Source of the DNA: Vicugna vicugna
Lineage: Eukaryota
NCBI GenBank assembly: GCA_013265495.1
Contig: MU061579.1
Coordinates: 1,331,159 to 1,395,158, forward strand
DNA length: 64,000 nucleotides
Direction: 5' to 3'
Shown here: positions 13,332 to 27,564 of the stretch, piece after piece
Layout: each line of letters opens with the position of its first letter
Numbering within the stretch: position 1 is the stretch's first letter
Notes under the pieces: model-generated
What the model saw: the letters and a program-made list of their open reading frames with translations, nothing else
Told to the model about the DNA's origin: nothing
Databases searched by the model: none
Program-made: the position numbers and the translations under genes

Positions 13332-13545
13332 AGGGTTTGCAACCTGGTTTGACTTCTTTAAAGTTGTATGACCTTGGGAAAATTATATACCCTTTCTAAG
13401 AGCTATTATCTAAATTATAAACAGGTATAAAACTCTGAGCTATCTTACAGGATTTCTATGAGGATTAGGTGAGCTAATGCATATAAAGCACATAGGACAG
13501 TGTCTGGCATGAAGTAAGAGCTATGTAAGAGGTGCTATGATGATA
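13332..13545 (+). mobile_element. MIR SINE
   Basis: tgtatgaccttgggaaaattat...tatcttacaggatttctatgaggattaggtgagctaatgcatataaagcacataggacagtgtctggcatgaagtaagagct. Confidence 0.8.
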
Positions 13546-15119
13546 AGGAGCATGATTGACATGCTCATAATATTTCATGTTCTTATCTCAAACTTTCTTT
13601 CATTCCAAATAGAAGAAATCCAAAACCAATTAAAGTAAGTTTAATTAGGATTTATGTATTTTTGAGACTTTTCTATAGCACAGTACTGTGTCTCTTAAAA
13701 TTTGTGTGAGAATATTTTTATCAGATACAATAAATCAACAATATCAAATAAAATACATTGACTTTGGCACAGTTTAAATAAGATGAGAATTATCTCATAC
13801 TATTAGGTGCTGTAGAACTGAGATAAAAACTGTCTTATCCTAGTGCTTTCTTGGGATAACATCCTTTCCAACATGTTTAAAAGATCTTTATCTAGTACTA
13901 CGTTCTATATCTTTCAGAGATAATATTGTTACTTATGGGTTTTAACATATAAATATGACTATGAATATAAATATTAAATAGTATATAAATACTATATTCC
14001 TGTATAATTGTATTATATATACATATAAATGTTTATATATACTTAGAAATGTATATTGGTGTTTATATATGATACCAAACACCAATATATTTTTCTCTCT
14101 GCTATTCCTCCTTATTTGGTAGAATTTTCCAGAATTGCTTAATTAATCAAAAATTTCAACATAATCATTTCTTGAGATTCCTGAGGATTTGGGAATTCAT
14201 GCATTTGGATTTTCAAATGAATTGGAATAAAGTTTGCATGAAAAACATAAGTATATTATAAAAACATACATATCTACATATATATCTATTAATTATTACT
14301 GTGCTTAATACAGGTAGTGTAATGACATTATGTATAATCTTAGTTTCTAGTCTTTCCTACTGTGAAGATATAGCTTATATCAAAAGGCTGTACATGCAAA
14401 CAGAATTGGGTCATACTTATTTTTTCCATTGTGTTTTGGAGCATTTGTTGATATTAAAATGTTATACAGTTTTATTATTGTAAATAAAATAAATCTTTTA
14501 TTGATTTTGCAATTTAAAAACAAAAGCCAGAGACTTTAAAAATACCCAGTGTTAATATGATTCTGATTAACATTTCCATATCTTGCTGGTATTAGTAAAC
14601 ATTTGGGAAGCATTTATTTAAAAGTGAAATGTAATAGTGGGCATAAGTCTAATAATATTATTTGACCTTGTATTAAATATTTTGGGATTTTATGCTAAGA
14701 ACACATTTCCAAGAGTAGAAAATCTATACATTAAAAATTTTGAAGCATCCTAAAAGTCCAATCATACATATATTTAGGTAAGGCTATTTTCTTTTCTTTT
14801 AAATACTTGTATATGAACCATAATTACACACTAGGTAATTATTTTAAAGGAGAGGGAGAAATGGAGCTATGGTATTTAGAATGTTTGGAAATTCAGGTAA
14901 TTGGAGTCGAATGTGGGAGCATGCTCAGACTTTTCTTTTGAGGTGGGAAGACTGTGAATTTATTGCAAAGACCTTCTAATGATGCTTTTACTGTGGAGGA
15001 ATATTGTTTATCTAAGGCAACATGTACTTTCAGACGTCTGGTAACTGCAAGTAGAGTCAGCTGCACAGCTTTGTACTTGGTTATGATGGATAGTGTTTCC
15101 TTAGTCGGCAGTGGCATTC

Positions 15120-17055
15120 TTTTTTCTTTTCTCCGGTTTCATTAAGGTAAAATTTACAAATAAAACTATAAGATATTTAAAGTATAAACTGTGATGGTTT
15201 GATATACATATACATTATGAAAGAATCCCTTCCATCTAATTAACGCATCCATTACCTCGCATATTTATCTTTTCTGTGTGTGGGAGAACATTTAAGTTCT
15301 ACTCCTAACAGATTTCAATTATATAATACAGTGCTATCAACTATAGTCATCAAGTCATACATTAGGTCCTTAGATTATATTCATCTTACAGCCAAAAGCT
15401 GATGCCCTTTTAAAACCTTTTCCTGTTTCTCCCATTCCAGCTCCTAACAACCACGTTCTGACTCCCTATTTCTGTTAAGTTAGAGCTTTTTTTTCCTTTT
15501 GATTCTACTTATATGTGATATCATGCAATATTTGTCTCACTTGTCTGGCTTATTTCACTTAGTCAAAAGTTTATCTATTCTAAATGTCAGCATGTCCTTT
15601 CTTATGGCTGAATTATATCTATCTATCTATCTATCTATATCTGTATCTATATATACACACACAGATATGTATACACACACACACATACACATATATATAT
15701 GAATGGAAATAAATAAATAAATAGATTTTTGTTTATTTATCCATTCCATGTGGATATGTGTGTATCTGGATATATAAATAGTATATTTCTGCACATATAT
15801 AACTGTATCTCACATACTCTTTATCCATTCATTCATTGATGGTCACTTAGGTTGTTTCCATATCCTGGCTATTGTGAATAATTCTGCAATGAACATTGAA
15901 GTCCAGATATCTCACTGATACCCTGTTTTCATTTCCCTTGGATATATACCCAGAGGTGTCATTGATGGGTCATATGGTAGTCCTGTTTTCACTTTTCTGA
16001 GGAACCTCCATGCTGTTTTCCACACTGGCTGCACAAATTTACATTCCCATCAGCAGTGTACAGGATTCCTTCATCACATGCACACCAATGTACTCATCAC
16101 CTTTTTTACCCTTCCTTTGTGATGATAGCTATTCTAAGAGATACGAGGCAATATCTCATTGTGATATGAATTTTAATTTCCCTGATGATTAGTGAAGTTG
16201 AGCACTTTTCATGTATCTATTTTATTTCCCTGACTTTGGGAAAAATATCTATTCACATTCTCTGTTCAGTTTTTGAAATCAAATGGTTTGACTGTTTTGC
16301 TATTGAGTTGTGTGAGTTCTTTATTTTTTTTTAATATTAGCCTCTTACAGATACATGATCTGAAAATACATATTTTTATTCTGTAGATTGCCTTTTTATT
16401 TTATTGATTTATATTATTGTTTCCTTGGCTACAGAAACTTTTTTTTTAGGCAATACTATTTGTATATTTTTGCTTTTGTTGTCAGAGTCAAAAAAAAATT
16501 GTTTCCAAAACCAATATCAAGAAGTTTTTTCCCTGCTTTCTTTTAGGACTTCTACAATTTCAAGTCTTAAATTTATCTTTATCCCATTTTGAGTTGATTT
16601 TTGTGTATGGTGTCAGATAGAGGTCCAATTTTATTCTTTTACATGTGGCCATCCAGTTTTCTCAATACCATTTGTTGAAGACAGTACTCTTTACCCATTG
16701 TATAGTCTTGGCTCTTTTGTCAAAAATTAGTTGACCATGTATGCATGAGTTCATTTCTGGCCCCTCAATTCTGTTTCATTGATCTATGTGAATGTTTTTG
16801 TGCCAGTACCATAGTGTTAAAAGGTTACTATAATTTTTTAATACATTCTAAAATCAGGAAGTGTGATACATCCAGCTTTGTTCTTCTTTCTCAAGATTTC
16901 TTTGGCCATTTGGGATCTTTGCTGTGTGATACCAATTTTAGCATTGTTATTTCTATTTGGGGGGAAAATTCCACTGGAATATTTTTTTTAAAAGGATTGC
17001 TTTGAATCTGCAGATTGCTTTGATTAGTATAACCATCTTAACAATATTAATTCAG
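15120..17055 (-). mobile_element. L1MA-type element, ~1.9 kb 5'-truncated, with (TATC)n/(CA)n expansion at ~15616-15700
   Basis: Continuous antisense L1 3' UTR and ORF2: ttatccattcattcattgatggtcacttaggttgtttcc, ctgaggaacctccatgctgttttc, ccattttgagttgatttttgtgtatggtg and ccagctttgttcttctttctcaagatt. Confidence 0.9.
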
Positions 17056-17817
17056 TGGTATTCTTAACTGGCATTTTCCCATTTGTTGGTTTTAGATACA
17101 CATATTAGGTTGAATTATTTCTCATATTTCCTTTAGAGAAAGAAATCTTCTTTGGATTGAAATAAGAAGCTTTTGCTTTGAAGTGTTCAGCCAAAAGCTG
17201 CCTCAAGGCCATCCAGTGGGGTAGTCATTAAGTCTACTACCTTTAGACACTCAAAAATAGTTTCACTTCTTTCAATGACTATCGTGGCTTCAAAAGACAG
17301 AATATAGCCTTGGGATCATTGTGTTCATTGCAGAATTGGGACAACTAATACAGCCTAATATGGAATTTAAATTTTTTTCTTTCATAGACTTTATCTTAGA
17401 TATTAAATAGGTTTGCTTTTGAATTTGTTTCTTTCCTCCATGATAATAACTGTCTCTGTGGAACTTGACATTTTTTCCCCCAGTGTATTGAATATATATC
17501 TTAACTCCATATAATCACAAAATATTAATAGCAATTTATAAATATTCTGATTTTAATAATAACACAATTATAAAAGTCTACTCACCAAGACCAAAGTCCC
17601 TTGAGTTGTTATAAAGATCTACCTTCCTGAGCTTTATCATCCAAGTCACTTTTTAACTTTAGAGGCTCAAGCAAATGCCTTACTCTAATTCACCTTTCTG
17701 AGATGTGGCCTATGAATCCTAAACTTTTGAGGTGAGTTAATCATTTTGCTGGCAGCAAGGTTTCTAAGACTAGGTGGTAGGGTAGGGCAGTGTTGATTAT
17801 ACAGTACAGCAGACTTG

Positions 17818-18310
17818 GCGTGGTAGAATTATTAGACAGTCCCAATATTTTGCCATGGTGAGCATGACACATCTAATCCCATACCCTTGAATGGCACCTG
17901 TAATGATGATGGGAAAGCTACTTCGTGTATTAAGCTATTAGGCTGTTATTTGGAAAGAGTGATGAAGAGAGTTACTCTCATGTTTACCTTATGCTATGTA
18001 AGACTCTATCTTAGGTGATTAATGAAAGAGTCTCCACTAGACTTTACATAAGCAAACTGCCATGTGGTGAGTAGGCCATGCAGCTAGAGTATGAGGGGAG
18101 CCTTCAAGAACTGAGAAAGGTGCCCCACACTGCCAGCAAAAAAGGAAGAACTTAAGTTCAACAAACATAAGGAACTGAATTTTGCCAAAGTGAATGAGCT
18201 TGGAGGAAGATCTCAAACTTCAGATGGGAATGTAGCCTACTGACACCTGATTTCAACCTGTGAAACTGAGCAGAAGATCCAGTCAAGCTGTACTCAAACC
18301 CTGACACACA
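17818..18310 (+). mobile_element. MaLR LTR, MLT1F/G/H-like
   Basis: aagcaaactgccatgtggtgagtaggccatg, aaggaactgaattttgccaa...aatgagcttggaggaagatc, cttcagatgggaatgtagcc, tgacacctgatttcaacctgtgaaactgagcagaagatccagt. Confidence 0.75.
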
Positions 18311-19144
18311 TATTTGACTGACTTTTCTGGTTAGTGACTTCAAATTATTGAAAAACAGTATATTTTTGTCATTTCTTGATTGAGAATCACATGTTTATAT
18401 TTGATATTTACTCAAATGTTGATATTCTTAAACACACTTCTGTTATGCCTCAAGAATTTTTAGTATTTTTTAGTTTACATGTTTTCTGAGTTTACCTGTG
18501 AGTAGGACAGTTTCAAGAGAAAACCAAATTGAAATTAGGTATATTCATTTGGTATATTAAGTATCTCAAGGGAATGAATTTCTTTTAAAAATAATTCAAA
18601 ATTAATGACTAGTTTGAGAATCAAGTTTATATAGACCATATTGAAATTATGTATATTATACATATTTTGTGCTCATATAATTATATATATTCACTTTTGA
18701 TTGTTTTGTTTTGATTTTCTATATTTCCCATTACATATAATATGTATGATTGTATATAATATATAATTCCATCTATGAAGTTACATATAATAAGTTTATT
18801 ACACATAATTAACTTTAATACATAAAATTATATGTTGAAATATACTTTTGGTTGTTTTGATTGCCTGTGTTTGCTATATACCTTGGAACAAACAAATCAG
18901 GAGGATATAATTTGAGATCATATGATGTAATAGATACTAAGGAAGGCATTTAAGTCAATCCATAAGGAAGTCATAAAGACATTAATGTGCACCCACTTCA
19001 ACATGTGTCATACTGTAGGGAGAAATACTAACTATACAATAATTTTTAAAATGAAACACGTATTTGGTTAACATAAATAACATTATAAAAATATTATTTG
19101 TTGAACTATGTTTCCCTTGCACAAACTGCTTGAGACCATTTCTA

Positions 19145-19360
19145 GCAGTACAGTGTCACTAACAAAAATGTAGGCTCTGGAAGTGTAATGCCTGTGCACA
19201 GTTCATGTCAGCTACTCTCCAGATTTGTGTCACTTCACCTCATTTGTAAAATGGAAATAACCACAGTATATTCATAAATTGTTGTGAGGAACCAATCTCC
19301 TCTCATTACGAATGCTGCCTAGCATGTGATTAAATTTCAAAAAGCATCAGTTATTATTAA
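19145..19360 (+). mobile_element. MIR SINE (decayed)
   Basis: gtaggctctggaag...cctcatttgtaaaatggaaataa...cataaattgttgtgagga. Confidence 0.6.
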
Positions 19361-19559
19361 TAGTAGGAGCAGTAATAATACTACTATTCTTACTATAAAT
19401 AGCAAAGTATTACATGAAATTTACAATAGCATAATTTTAAAATACCATTATAGCTAAAATTGCTGTTTTGATTATTTATGTTTTTTTTAATTTCAACATC
19501 CTTTTTAATGAGTTGCAGAACAAGATCTTCACAAAAAGACATTTGGAAATTTTGGAATT

Positions 19560-20130
19560 TGGTAGAGAAGAATTGGAGATATAAAGCAGTTTCTGGTCCA
19601 TGATGATGGTGATACCTTTGTCCTGGCAGTTGGAGACATTCCTTCCTTAGACTCCGATTCTGCTGTCCAGGAGGAATTTCATGTTTGTTGGTCCCTGAGA
19701 CGCTCACCCTATGGGCGTTTCTTCTTTGTTCCATGTCCTCCACGACCACATCTAAAGTTGTCATCATTGAGCTACATCCTCCTTGGGAGCTGAGTGATTT
19801 ATGCAGCTTTTTTTTTCTGTTAGTACATGCTGGGGAGCTTGGCAGCTGTTTCACCATCACAAGCTCTTTTAAAATAGACCCATGATTTCTTCATCTACAC
19901 AATTCTTTCAGCAGTACCATAAACATAGCTCTATTTGTTTTCAGGCAGACCCATCTGTCACATGAAAAGGCATAACAATATCACTTTGAAGCCTACATCA
20001 TTTCCTCCCTTTCGTGCTCCCATGCTCCTCTGTCTCAACTTAATGTGGCAACACTGAGGTCAGTCTAGAATCAGCCTCTCTCCCTAGCTTGCTCACTTGC
20101 TATCTCTGATTTTGATATCTGCTTGAAAGC
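19560..20130 (-). mobile_element. Probable MaLR/ERVL internal-region fragment
   Basis: GC-richer block. tccatgtcctccacgaccacatctaaagt...cctccttgggagctgagt resembles antisense MLT1-int as I remember it. Not verified. Confidence 0.35.
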
Positions 20131-23100
20131 TAGTACATTCTCTCCTTAGCTCATCTTTCTTGTACTCATTGGTGAAGACAGAGAAGAATACTTAAAACAC
20201 ATGGACATGAATTGCTATTTTAACTAGATGAAAAATAATTCAAATATTTTAAAACTAATCACAGGGGTACCATTTGTCTTCCTTTGAGTCAAATCTGAAA
20301 AAGAGGAATACCATAAAATAAGACAGTTGTCATGTACAAGTGGTCAAAACTGAACTTTTTAAAAGTTATTAATGGTCAAGGGTTATTAAATATGTCAATG
20401 AATATATAACTTTATTCATATTTATACTTAGTTTTATAGGATGACCTTTTATTCTTTGTGGTCTGATGGCAGATTTATTAGTTATCTGTAATGTTTAAAT
20501 AATTTCAAGATTTTTAGGTCTTCTGTATTAACACAAAAGTGAAACTTCAGACATCAAACACACTTACATTTTTACGGCTAATTCTACTAATTTAAAATAT
20601 TGTTATTACCAGACACTTAAATTCTAGTTCAATTGATTTTTGAGGAATAGTTTCCATAACATTAATTCTTTGCTTTTAAAAAAAGTTCATTTTCTTATTG
20701 TACAGATATATTTTAATTACTTTCTTCAAATTAGGTGGATACTTCATGATTATTATATTTACTTTTACAAAATTAGAAGTTTCATATTCTTATTTGCATC
20801 TTCCAATATCTAAATCACTAGTTTATATTCCATAAGTTTCAGAGACAAAATTTTATGGTGCTGTATGTACAAATTATACTAACAAATAATTTTTGTCGAA
20901 TTAGTTGTCTTTTTCATTCTAATACATTAATATTCCTTTCTTTACTAACTTGTTTGAGAAGCAAAATCTTATGCTAGCATACACAGAAGGCATGAAGGCT
21001 AAGAAGGTCTTTGAAGAATGTATTAAATTTTGAAAACTGACACTTTTGTAAAAACAACAAAGGCACCTTACATTTTTTACTTTAATAAGAGAAGGGATGA
21101 TATTTTATTTTAGTTATGAAGGACTAATCACAATTATTATCCAACCAAATGCAGTAAAGTTCCTGTGTATCAACCATGGATATATAGCTGAATTAAAATG
21201 TTTCCTCATTCTGTGTGATAAAAAAAATAGTATCATAAAATTATTATAGCATAGATTTATCAAATGCATTTCTAATCTTAATGACCTTTGTGCTACGCAT
21301 GGTAGGTATGTTTAATAAGCAAATATTTGGCTACCACCTACAAGCACATACTCTCCCATTGCTGGTTCCCTCCTAAACACTTTGTGAAGAAAGCAGAAAA
21401 CCCTTGTTCTCACTTTTATTTGGTTAATGGAAAAATCATTCTTCATGGTGGGGGTGTTATTTATAGGTAGCCTTACTACCATATATTTATTTATTAAATA
21501 TACATTCCTATATTTATCATATATACTTTCTGAATTCAAGTGTTACTGTGTCTTTTTAAAAGAAACTTAAATTGCAAAACCATTCTATAATTGAAAGTCA
21601 TGATATAAAACTGATTTATTCAATAAATATTTTCAATGAAAGACAGTAGATCACAGTAAAAAATGTTAACTGTATAACTCAGTTCCATTGTTCTATAATA
21701 GTGATTATTAGCAGTTTGTTTCTGTGGCAAGAAATTGTGGGAAAAATCATATATACTGTACAATGACTATATTTTTAACAATAAATGATTAAATGAAACG
21801 CATGCTTTGATAACTTTGTCTTTTCAGGGGATGATGAACTGGGAGGGAACAACCCTACTGTAGAGTGACTTTCACACACTACTACTGCCAGAGTCATGCA
21901 TGAGTGGGATGCACCTATTATAATTGGTGAAATTTGTTCAGGAATAGCTCTCAGCATGAAATGAGAAAGTTGATGGTTCACTGTAAGTGGGAACCAGAAG
22001 TGATTAAAAGATTTAATAACAAAGAGTCTAATTATGTTTAATTGTCTCTGCAAGTCAAAGAAGTCCTTTTGTGGTTAGTGTTGCTCCCACATAAACACTG
22101 CTTTAGGTGAGTGGAACCTGAGTCCCTGAATGGAAGGTTATCGTGGGTCTTTATTTCTTCTAATATTTGTGCTCTCATGACTTCCCTTAATGCCAGTCCC
22201 ACAAAATGAATTAACTTATGATAGATGTTCCTAATGACTATTTCAATCTTCCTGGATGTACCTATACTGTCATATCCCAGACTTTTTTTCCCGTATCTGT
22301 CCCTTTATCATTGCACTAAGCCATGTCTTGATACCTTTTCAGCCTTTCTGACATTGTTTATCTGCACTCCCATCTATGGCTAATCATCTTGCTTCATGAA
22401 TTCCAGGAGCTTCATTCTTCACCATCTCACTCTACTCCCCTTACTGGCTCTGGTCATACTCTAATGGACATGTATCCTTTCAGGACCCAGTTTTTTTTTT
22501 TCAGACTTGGCCATTTCACAAGGTACAAAAGGAGAAGCAAGAAACAAAGCAATTTGATGGCTGTGAGCACTGTAGACATTAGACAGGATTAGATTGAAAG
22601 GAATTAAATTCCTTATTCTAACTGCCACACCATCAGTAAAGAATCGTTGTTTATAATTACAATTTTTTATCTAATCATTTCAGAAATGGTAAGATTGTGT
22701 GCTGAGATGTGTTTGCATTCACTATGTTGATTAATTCCCCCTTGTTAGAAAATGATGTTTATAACTTGGTAATAAGAGATAACAGTGAGAATATGAGCTA
22801 TTTAATAATATACTTCCTTTGCCTGACTTTATACCCAGATTAAGACTGGGTAATGAGAATATATTGCTAAAATGATAAGAGCATTACATCCTTCAAAATC
22901 TTGATGAACTCGATAAATATGATGTGAACTAGAAATTGTGAGCCATAAATGCTCACAGTAACATATTTGAAAAATACAATGTTGTCTATCTGAAAGTAAT
23001 CAATTTTCTCCTCTATTGATTGTGAACACTGAATATCTAAAATTCAAACTTAGCTTGAGGGAAATCAATAAATATATTTCTATTTAATTACACAAATAAA

Positions 23101-23541
23101 CAGAATTGGTAAGAGAGTGGATGAGAGCGCCTCCCTCTAACCTCACTACATGACAGTTCCGTCTACAAATGGAAATTTTATTCCCTTTAATTCATATACG
23201 CTTCCCAGAAGCCTCCATATTTCCCAGAATGTACATTAGAGCTCTCAAGTGTATCAACAATGGTCTTTAAGCATTGCAAATTTTGATCTAGTTTTACTTT
23301 TCCAGATTTCTGGGAAAATGATTTCTCCAAAGTAATGGAGTATTTCATCTGAGACAATTTTGTTCTGAAACAAGATGAAAAAAATCTAAATTAAAATGAG
23401 AGGAGGAGAAAACCATTACCAGATTTCCTAATGTCTTTCACCAGCCTTCAGCGAGTACAACATGAGGCTTCGTGTACCCTAGAAAGGGATTCATGAAGAC
23501 ATGTGATCAACAGACGAAGAATGGAAATAAGACTTTCTTCC

Positions 23542-24165
23542 TGCTTTGGAATGAATGTTTGTATCCCCCAAAAATCCATGTGTTGAAACTCTAATCTCCA
23601 ATGTAGGGCATTTGGAGCTGTGGCCTTTAGGAAGTAATTAGGTTTATATGAGTTCATGAGGGTGAAGGCCCCTTGATGGGATTAGTGGGGGTTTTTTGCA
23701 TGTCTATGTAGGTTTTTAATTTAATTACTCATTTATTATTGAGGTGTATTTTTATTGAATATAGTCAGTTAACAATGTTGTGTGAATGTCTGATGTACAG
23801 CATAGTGATTCAGTTATATGTGTGTGTATACACACACACACACACACATATTCATTTCATATTCTTTTTTCATTATAGGTTACTACAAGATGTTGAATAC
23901 AGTTCCCTGTGCTGTACAGAAGGAGCTTGTTTATTGGGACTGGTGTTCTTTATAAGAAGATGAAGAGCCCAGAGCTGTCTCTTCATCTGCCATGTAAGAT
24001 CACAGCAAGAAGTTGATTGTCTGCAAACCAGAAAGTGGGCTTCCACCAGTCACCACATCTGCTGGCACCTTGATCTTAGACTTCCCAGCCTCCAGAACTG
24101 TGAGAGGTAAATGTTTATTATTTAATCCATCCACTTTATGGTCTTCATGTTCCAGATGACTAGGA
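23542..24165 (+). mobile_element. MaLR solo LTR (MLT1A-like) split by an L1 3' end
   Basis: Left part: tgctttggaatgaatgtttgtatccccc...tgttgaaactctaatctccaatg...gatgggattagtg. Right part: tataagaag...atctgctggcaccttgatcttagacttcccagcctccagaactgtgag. Confidence 0.9.
23688..23934 (-). mobile_element. Cetartiodactyl-type L1 3' end inserted in the MLT1A, with (TG)/(CA) microsatellite
   Basis: gatgtacagcatagtgattcagttat...cattataggttactacaagatgttgaatacagttccctgtgctgtacag. Flanked by an imperfect TSD: tgggattagtg (23677-23687) and tgggactggtg (23935-23945). Confidence 0.85.
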
Positions 24166-25164
24166 AACCTCCCTGCTGGTTATAAAAGATGCAGTACTAT
24201 GATTATTCAACCATATTATTTTTAAAAAGAGAATACAAGTACTAAACTAACAGTTTACTTTGTTCTCTATGCCTCACATTCAGTTCATTCAAACAACATT
24301 TGAAATCTTGATTTTTTTCCTATCATTCTGTACTTGATGTACTTCCGTCACATCAAGGCTTCAAGAAACAGAATAAGCAAAAATGTGTCTATAATTTAGT
24401 CTTCACTACATGGTTCACAGTTTAGAATTGGTCTCTCCCTTACTATTCAATAGAAAAATCTCCATTTCCTCCAGATAAAATATAATTTTCTACTTTTCAC
24501 TGCTGACAATGTTTTCTCCATTAGTTAAAAAAAATGAGCATCCTTTCAGCTCTATTAATTTATTACTTATTTTGGACAAGTCAACAAAATCTATCATTCT
24601 TGTTAATTTTGTGATACTCTTGAAAATGTAATGTGTATTTCTATTCCTCTTCTTTTAAATTGAAGATTATCTCATCCACCCTTCTCCTGTTTTTATTTAT
24701 AAAGCAACTCTTAAATTTTACTTTCTCACTTCCTTACCTCTGAGGACATTTTTCAACTCAGTCTCACTAACTCTTATTTATTGGTTAATAACTATGAACC
24801 AAAAACTCTATTAAGATGACAGGAATTCATAGTCATCAAAATAAAAGAGGATTACATTCATGAAGTACACACTTGGGGTTGAGGAGGAGAGATATGAGAA
24901 AATCAGTTACCAAACTGATTAAAATACAACGTTTAAAAAAATAGTTAAAGAAAAACATCAAGAAGCAGAGTGACTGGAGTGGAATGCCAACCTACAAAAA
25001 TAAGGCTTCCTTTTTATTTTTTGAAGGTTTCCAATATAGCAGTGGTATAGCAGATATCTCTCCCCTTTATCTTCCTGCATAATGTATATAAAATGGGAAC
25101 AGACAAACTACTTTGATAGGGAAAGTACAAGCCACGGAGGAAATAAACCAAGTTGAACAAAAGA

Positions 25165-25295
25165 GGTCATTAGGAGTCAGAAGAACTACATGCTGGCTAA
25201 ACTTAGATCTGGCACTAGCATACTGATTTGCGCAAATCATTTGACCTCTTGATTCTATTTCTTAACTTGTCAAATGAGTAAGGTATTCTAGGTTA
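25165..25295 (+). mobile_element. MIR fragment, followed by a possible small hAT-like insertion to ~25520
   Basis: ggagtcagaagaact...gcaaatcatttgacctcttgattctatttcttaacttgtcaaatgag. Then agtgttttcaaactgtgctcc, which resembles a hAT TIR start. Confidence 0.5.
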
Positions 25296-26129
25296 GTGTT
25301 TTCAAACTGTGCTCCACACAAGCCCTAAGTTTTGAAGCTGAATGTTGTTTTATTTGGGTGGTGATGGTGGTGGGCGGGGGATGATCAGTTTACCAGATAA
25401 CCCTCTGACGTATGTCAGATTAGCTCTGTTTATAGATACTATATGTTTATTGTAGGCACTATATGTATACATTTAGCTGAAAACATTTCTAATGCTAAAG
25501 TAAAATCTTTATACCACTTTAAATTCTAATGTTCCATGATGCGATCACCTTCAGTATGAAGAGATCAGTGTGAGCATTTGCCTTTTGCCTCTGTTTTCCA
25601 AGTAACATCCACCACATTTCCTTACCTCTTTTACTACTAACCTACTGTGTGCTAACATTTTTAGCATAAAAATATTCCAAGAGTATGCTACAAATTCTAT
25701 CAATAGAGCAGATAATATGCTCTAATTTTCTTAGAAAAAAATCCTAAACTTGCACTCCCAGAGAAAACACAAAGATGTATTATCTGCAAAGGCTCAAAAA
25801 AATTCTTCAAGATGGAGGCAAGAGAAATATCTTTCCAGTCTTGACAACCTATATCATGAACAGCACAGACCTAGGAGTCAAGGTGGGAAGGGGTGGGGGT
25901 GGGGAGCAAGACGGCTGAAGAGTATAAAATAAACAAAAAAGAAAAGGAAAGTAGATATAGTTGACAGTCCAAATGATACTGACTCCACGTGTTAAGAAAG
26001 GCCATTAGAGGAAATTCTAAGTGTATTCTTGGTAAGATGTAGGAAAGACTGTATTCTTTTTGATGATGGACTTTACCTACATGTCCGTTCTGATATTTTG
26101 AACAAATATAGAAGGGCTACAGATTTTTT

Positions 26130-27440
26130 GAGCATTCAGTAAACACTAACCAGGTACTATGATAGATAGACTGGCAATACAGCTATTAAAGGTATATTTG
26201 AATTCCACCCACAAAAGCTAATCATCTAGAACTGTGTGTTACATTAGCCACTAGCTTATATGGTTATTTTAAATTAAATTAATTAAAATAAATAAGACTA
26301 GTAATGCAGTTTATTGGTCATACTATATGACTATATCAAAGGTTTACCAGTCACTTGTGGCCAGTACCTGCTGTTTTGAACAGCCCAGATTATGGAATAC
26401 TTCCATCATTACAGTAAGATATATTAAATATCAATGGAGTAAAAGACAATACAGGAATGAAATTCAAAGTTGCAGTTGTAATTAACACATTAAAATAGAA
26501 AGATTGGACATTTGGGGAGTATGGTAGCTGTCTTAAGAGAATTTAATTTATCTGTAGCTGGTATGAGTAGGAAAAATAATATATAAAAAGAAATCTTCCT
26601 TAAGAAAATTATATTTCAGATAAAGCTAAAAGTACTAGGTTGTATACGATTGGGGTATAAAGATTAAATGGCAGTAGTATAAAATATCACTGGAAGAGAC
26701 AACAGAACATGCAGTTCTATAATTAGTGGACTCAACAAAGTAGAAGAGTGGCAAGAAATATTCCAAATCATCTTGGGGAATCAAGACTGTCAAAATTCAA
26801 GCATTTTACACTGTATCGGAAAAAGCACTCAAATGACTATAGAGATTAAATAGAGTAATGTCTAAACAGTATTATACCTTTAGAACTATCTGTGGCAGTA
26901 AAGAATGTCTGGAGGTGGCGAAATACGGACTTGGAGGTTTTGTGAAAGGTAATTGCTTTACTCTGTTAGAAAAATAATGCTCCTTTCATCAAAGATGATG
27001 AAAACTGTGACTGCAAGATTAATCTGAATTCCCAACAATTATTGAAAATTTGGATTTGGAAGGTGAGGGAGCAAAGGGCTGTCCAGCTGATCCATTGACT
27101 GACAAGTATTTTAAGACACCAAGCTAGAATGGCATGTTACACAGCAATCATTAACTGATACAGTAATACTGAAATGGAGAGCAATAGATGAAAGGTTTTT
27201 TGATAATTATTTAAATATATTGATCCTACATTGGAAATTTCTATCAGACATTGAAATGTATGTCTTGTGTTAAGTGCTGGAAGTTGGAAGAAAGGTCTAT
27301 TGTTCAAATATACATTTGAGAGATACTGTATGTAGAAAGTATTTGAAATCTTGGAGAGAGAATGAGATTTCCTAGGGAGAAAATGTAGCATGAGAAGAGA
27401 AGCCCCAAAATAGAAGTCCTGAGCACCTTTAATACTTAAT
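26130..27440 (-). mobile_element. L2 LINE fragment containing a MER3 insertion
   Basis: Antisense L2 motifs: ttggatttggaaggtgagggagcaaaggg, cagacattgaaatgtatgtc and gtatttgaaatcttggagagagaatgagatttcctagggagaaaatgtagcatgagaagagaag. Confidence 0.65.
26229..26437 (-). mobile_element. MER3-like hAT-Charlie element
   Basis: tagccactagcttatatggttattttaaattaaattaattaaaat...agtcacttgtggccagt...tggaatacttccatcattacagtaag. Adjacent tctaga matches the Charlie target preference. Confidence 0.75.
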
Positions 27441-27494
27441 TGAAACTATGTTGTAGACCCTGGGTGGTCAATGTTCTTCAGAAAGCAGGCTTAC

Positions 27495-27564
27495 CGTGAA
27501 GGAGCTACAGTCCCATGGAAATAGTCACAGACCTCAAATCTTCATTCAAATGAAGAATGGAAGG
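27495..27564 (-). other. Candidate non-coding exon (70 nt)
   Basis: Minus strand: ctttttctttcttgctgtgccttcag|CCTTCC...CTTCACG|gtaagc. Stops occur in all three frames. Confidence 0.4.

Noticed and set aside
19393..19860. Longest ORF (155 aa)
   Set aside because: No recognisable domain, runs into AT-rich low-complexity sequence, and overlaps a probable MaLR internal fragment.
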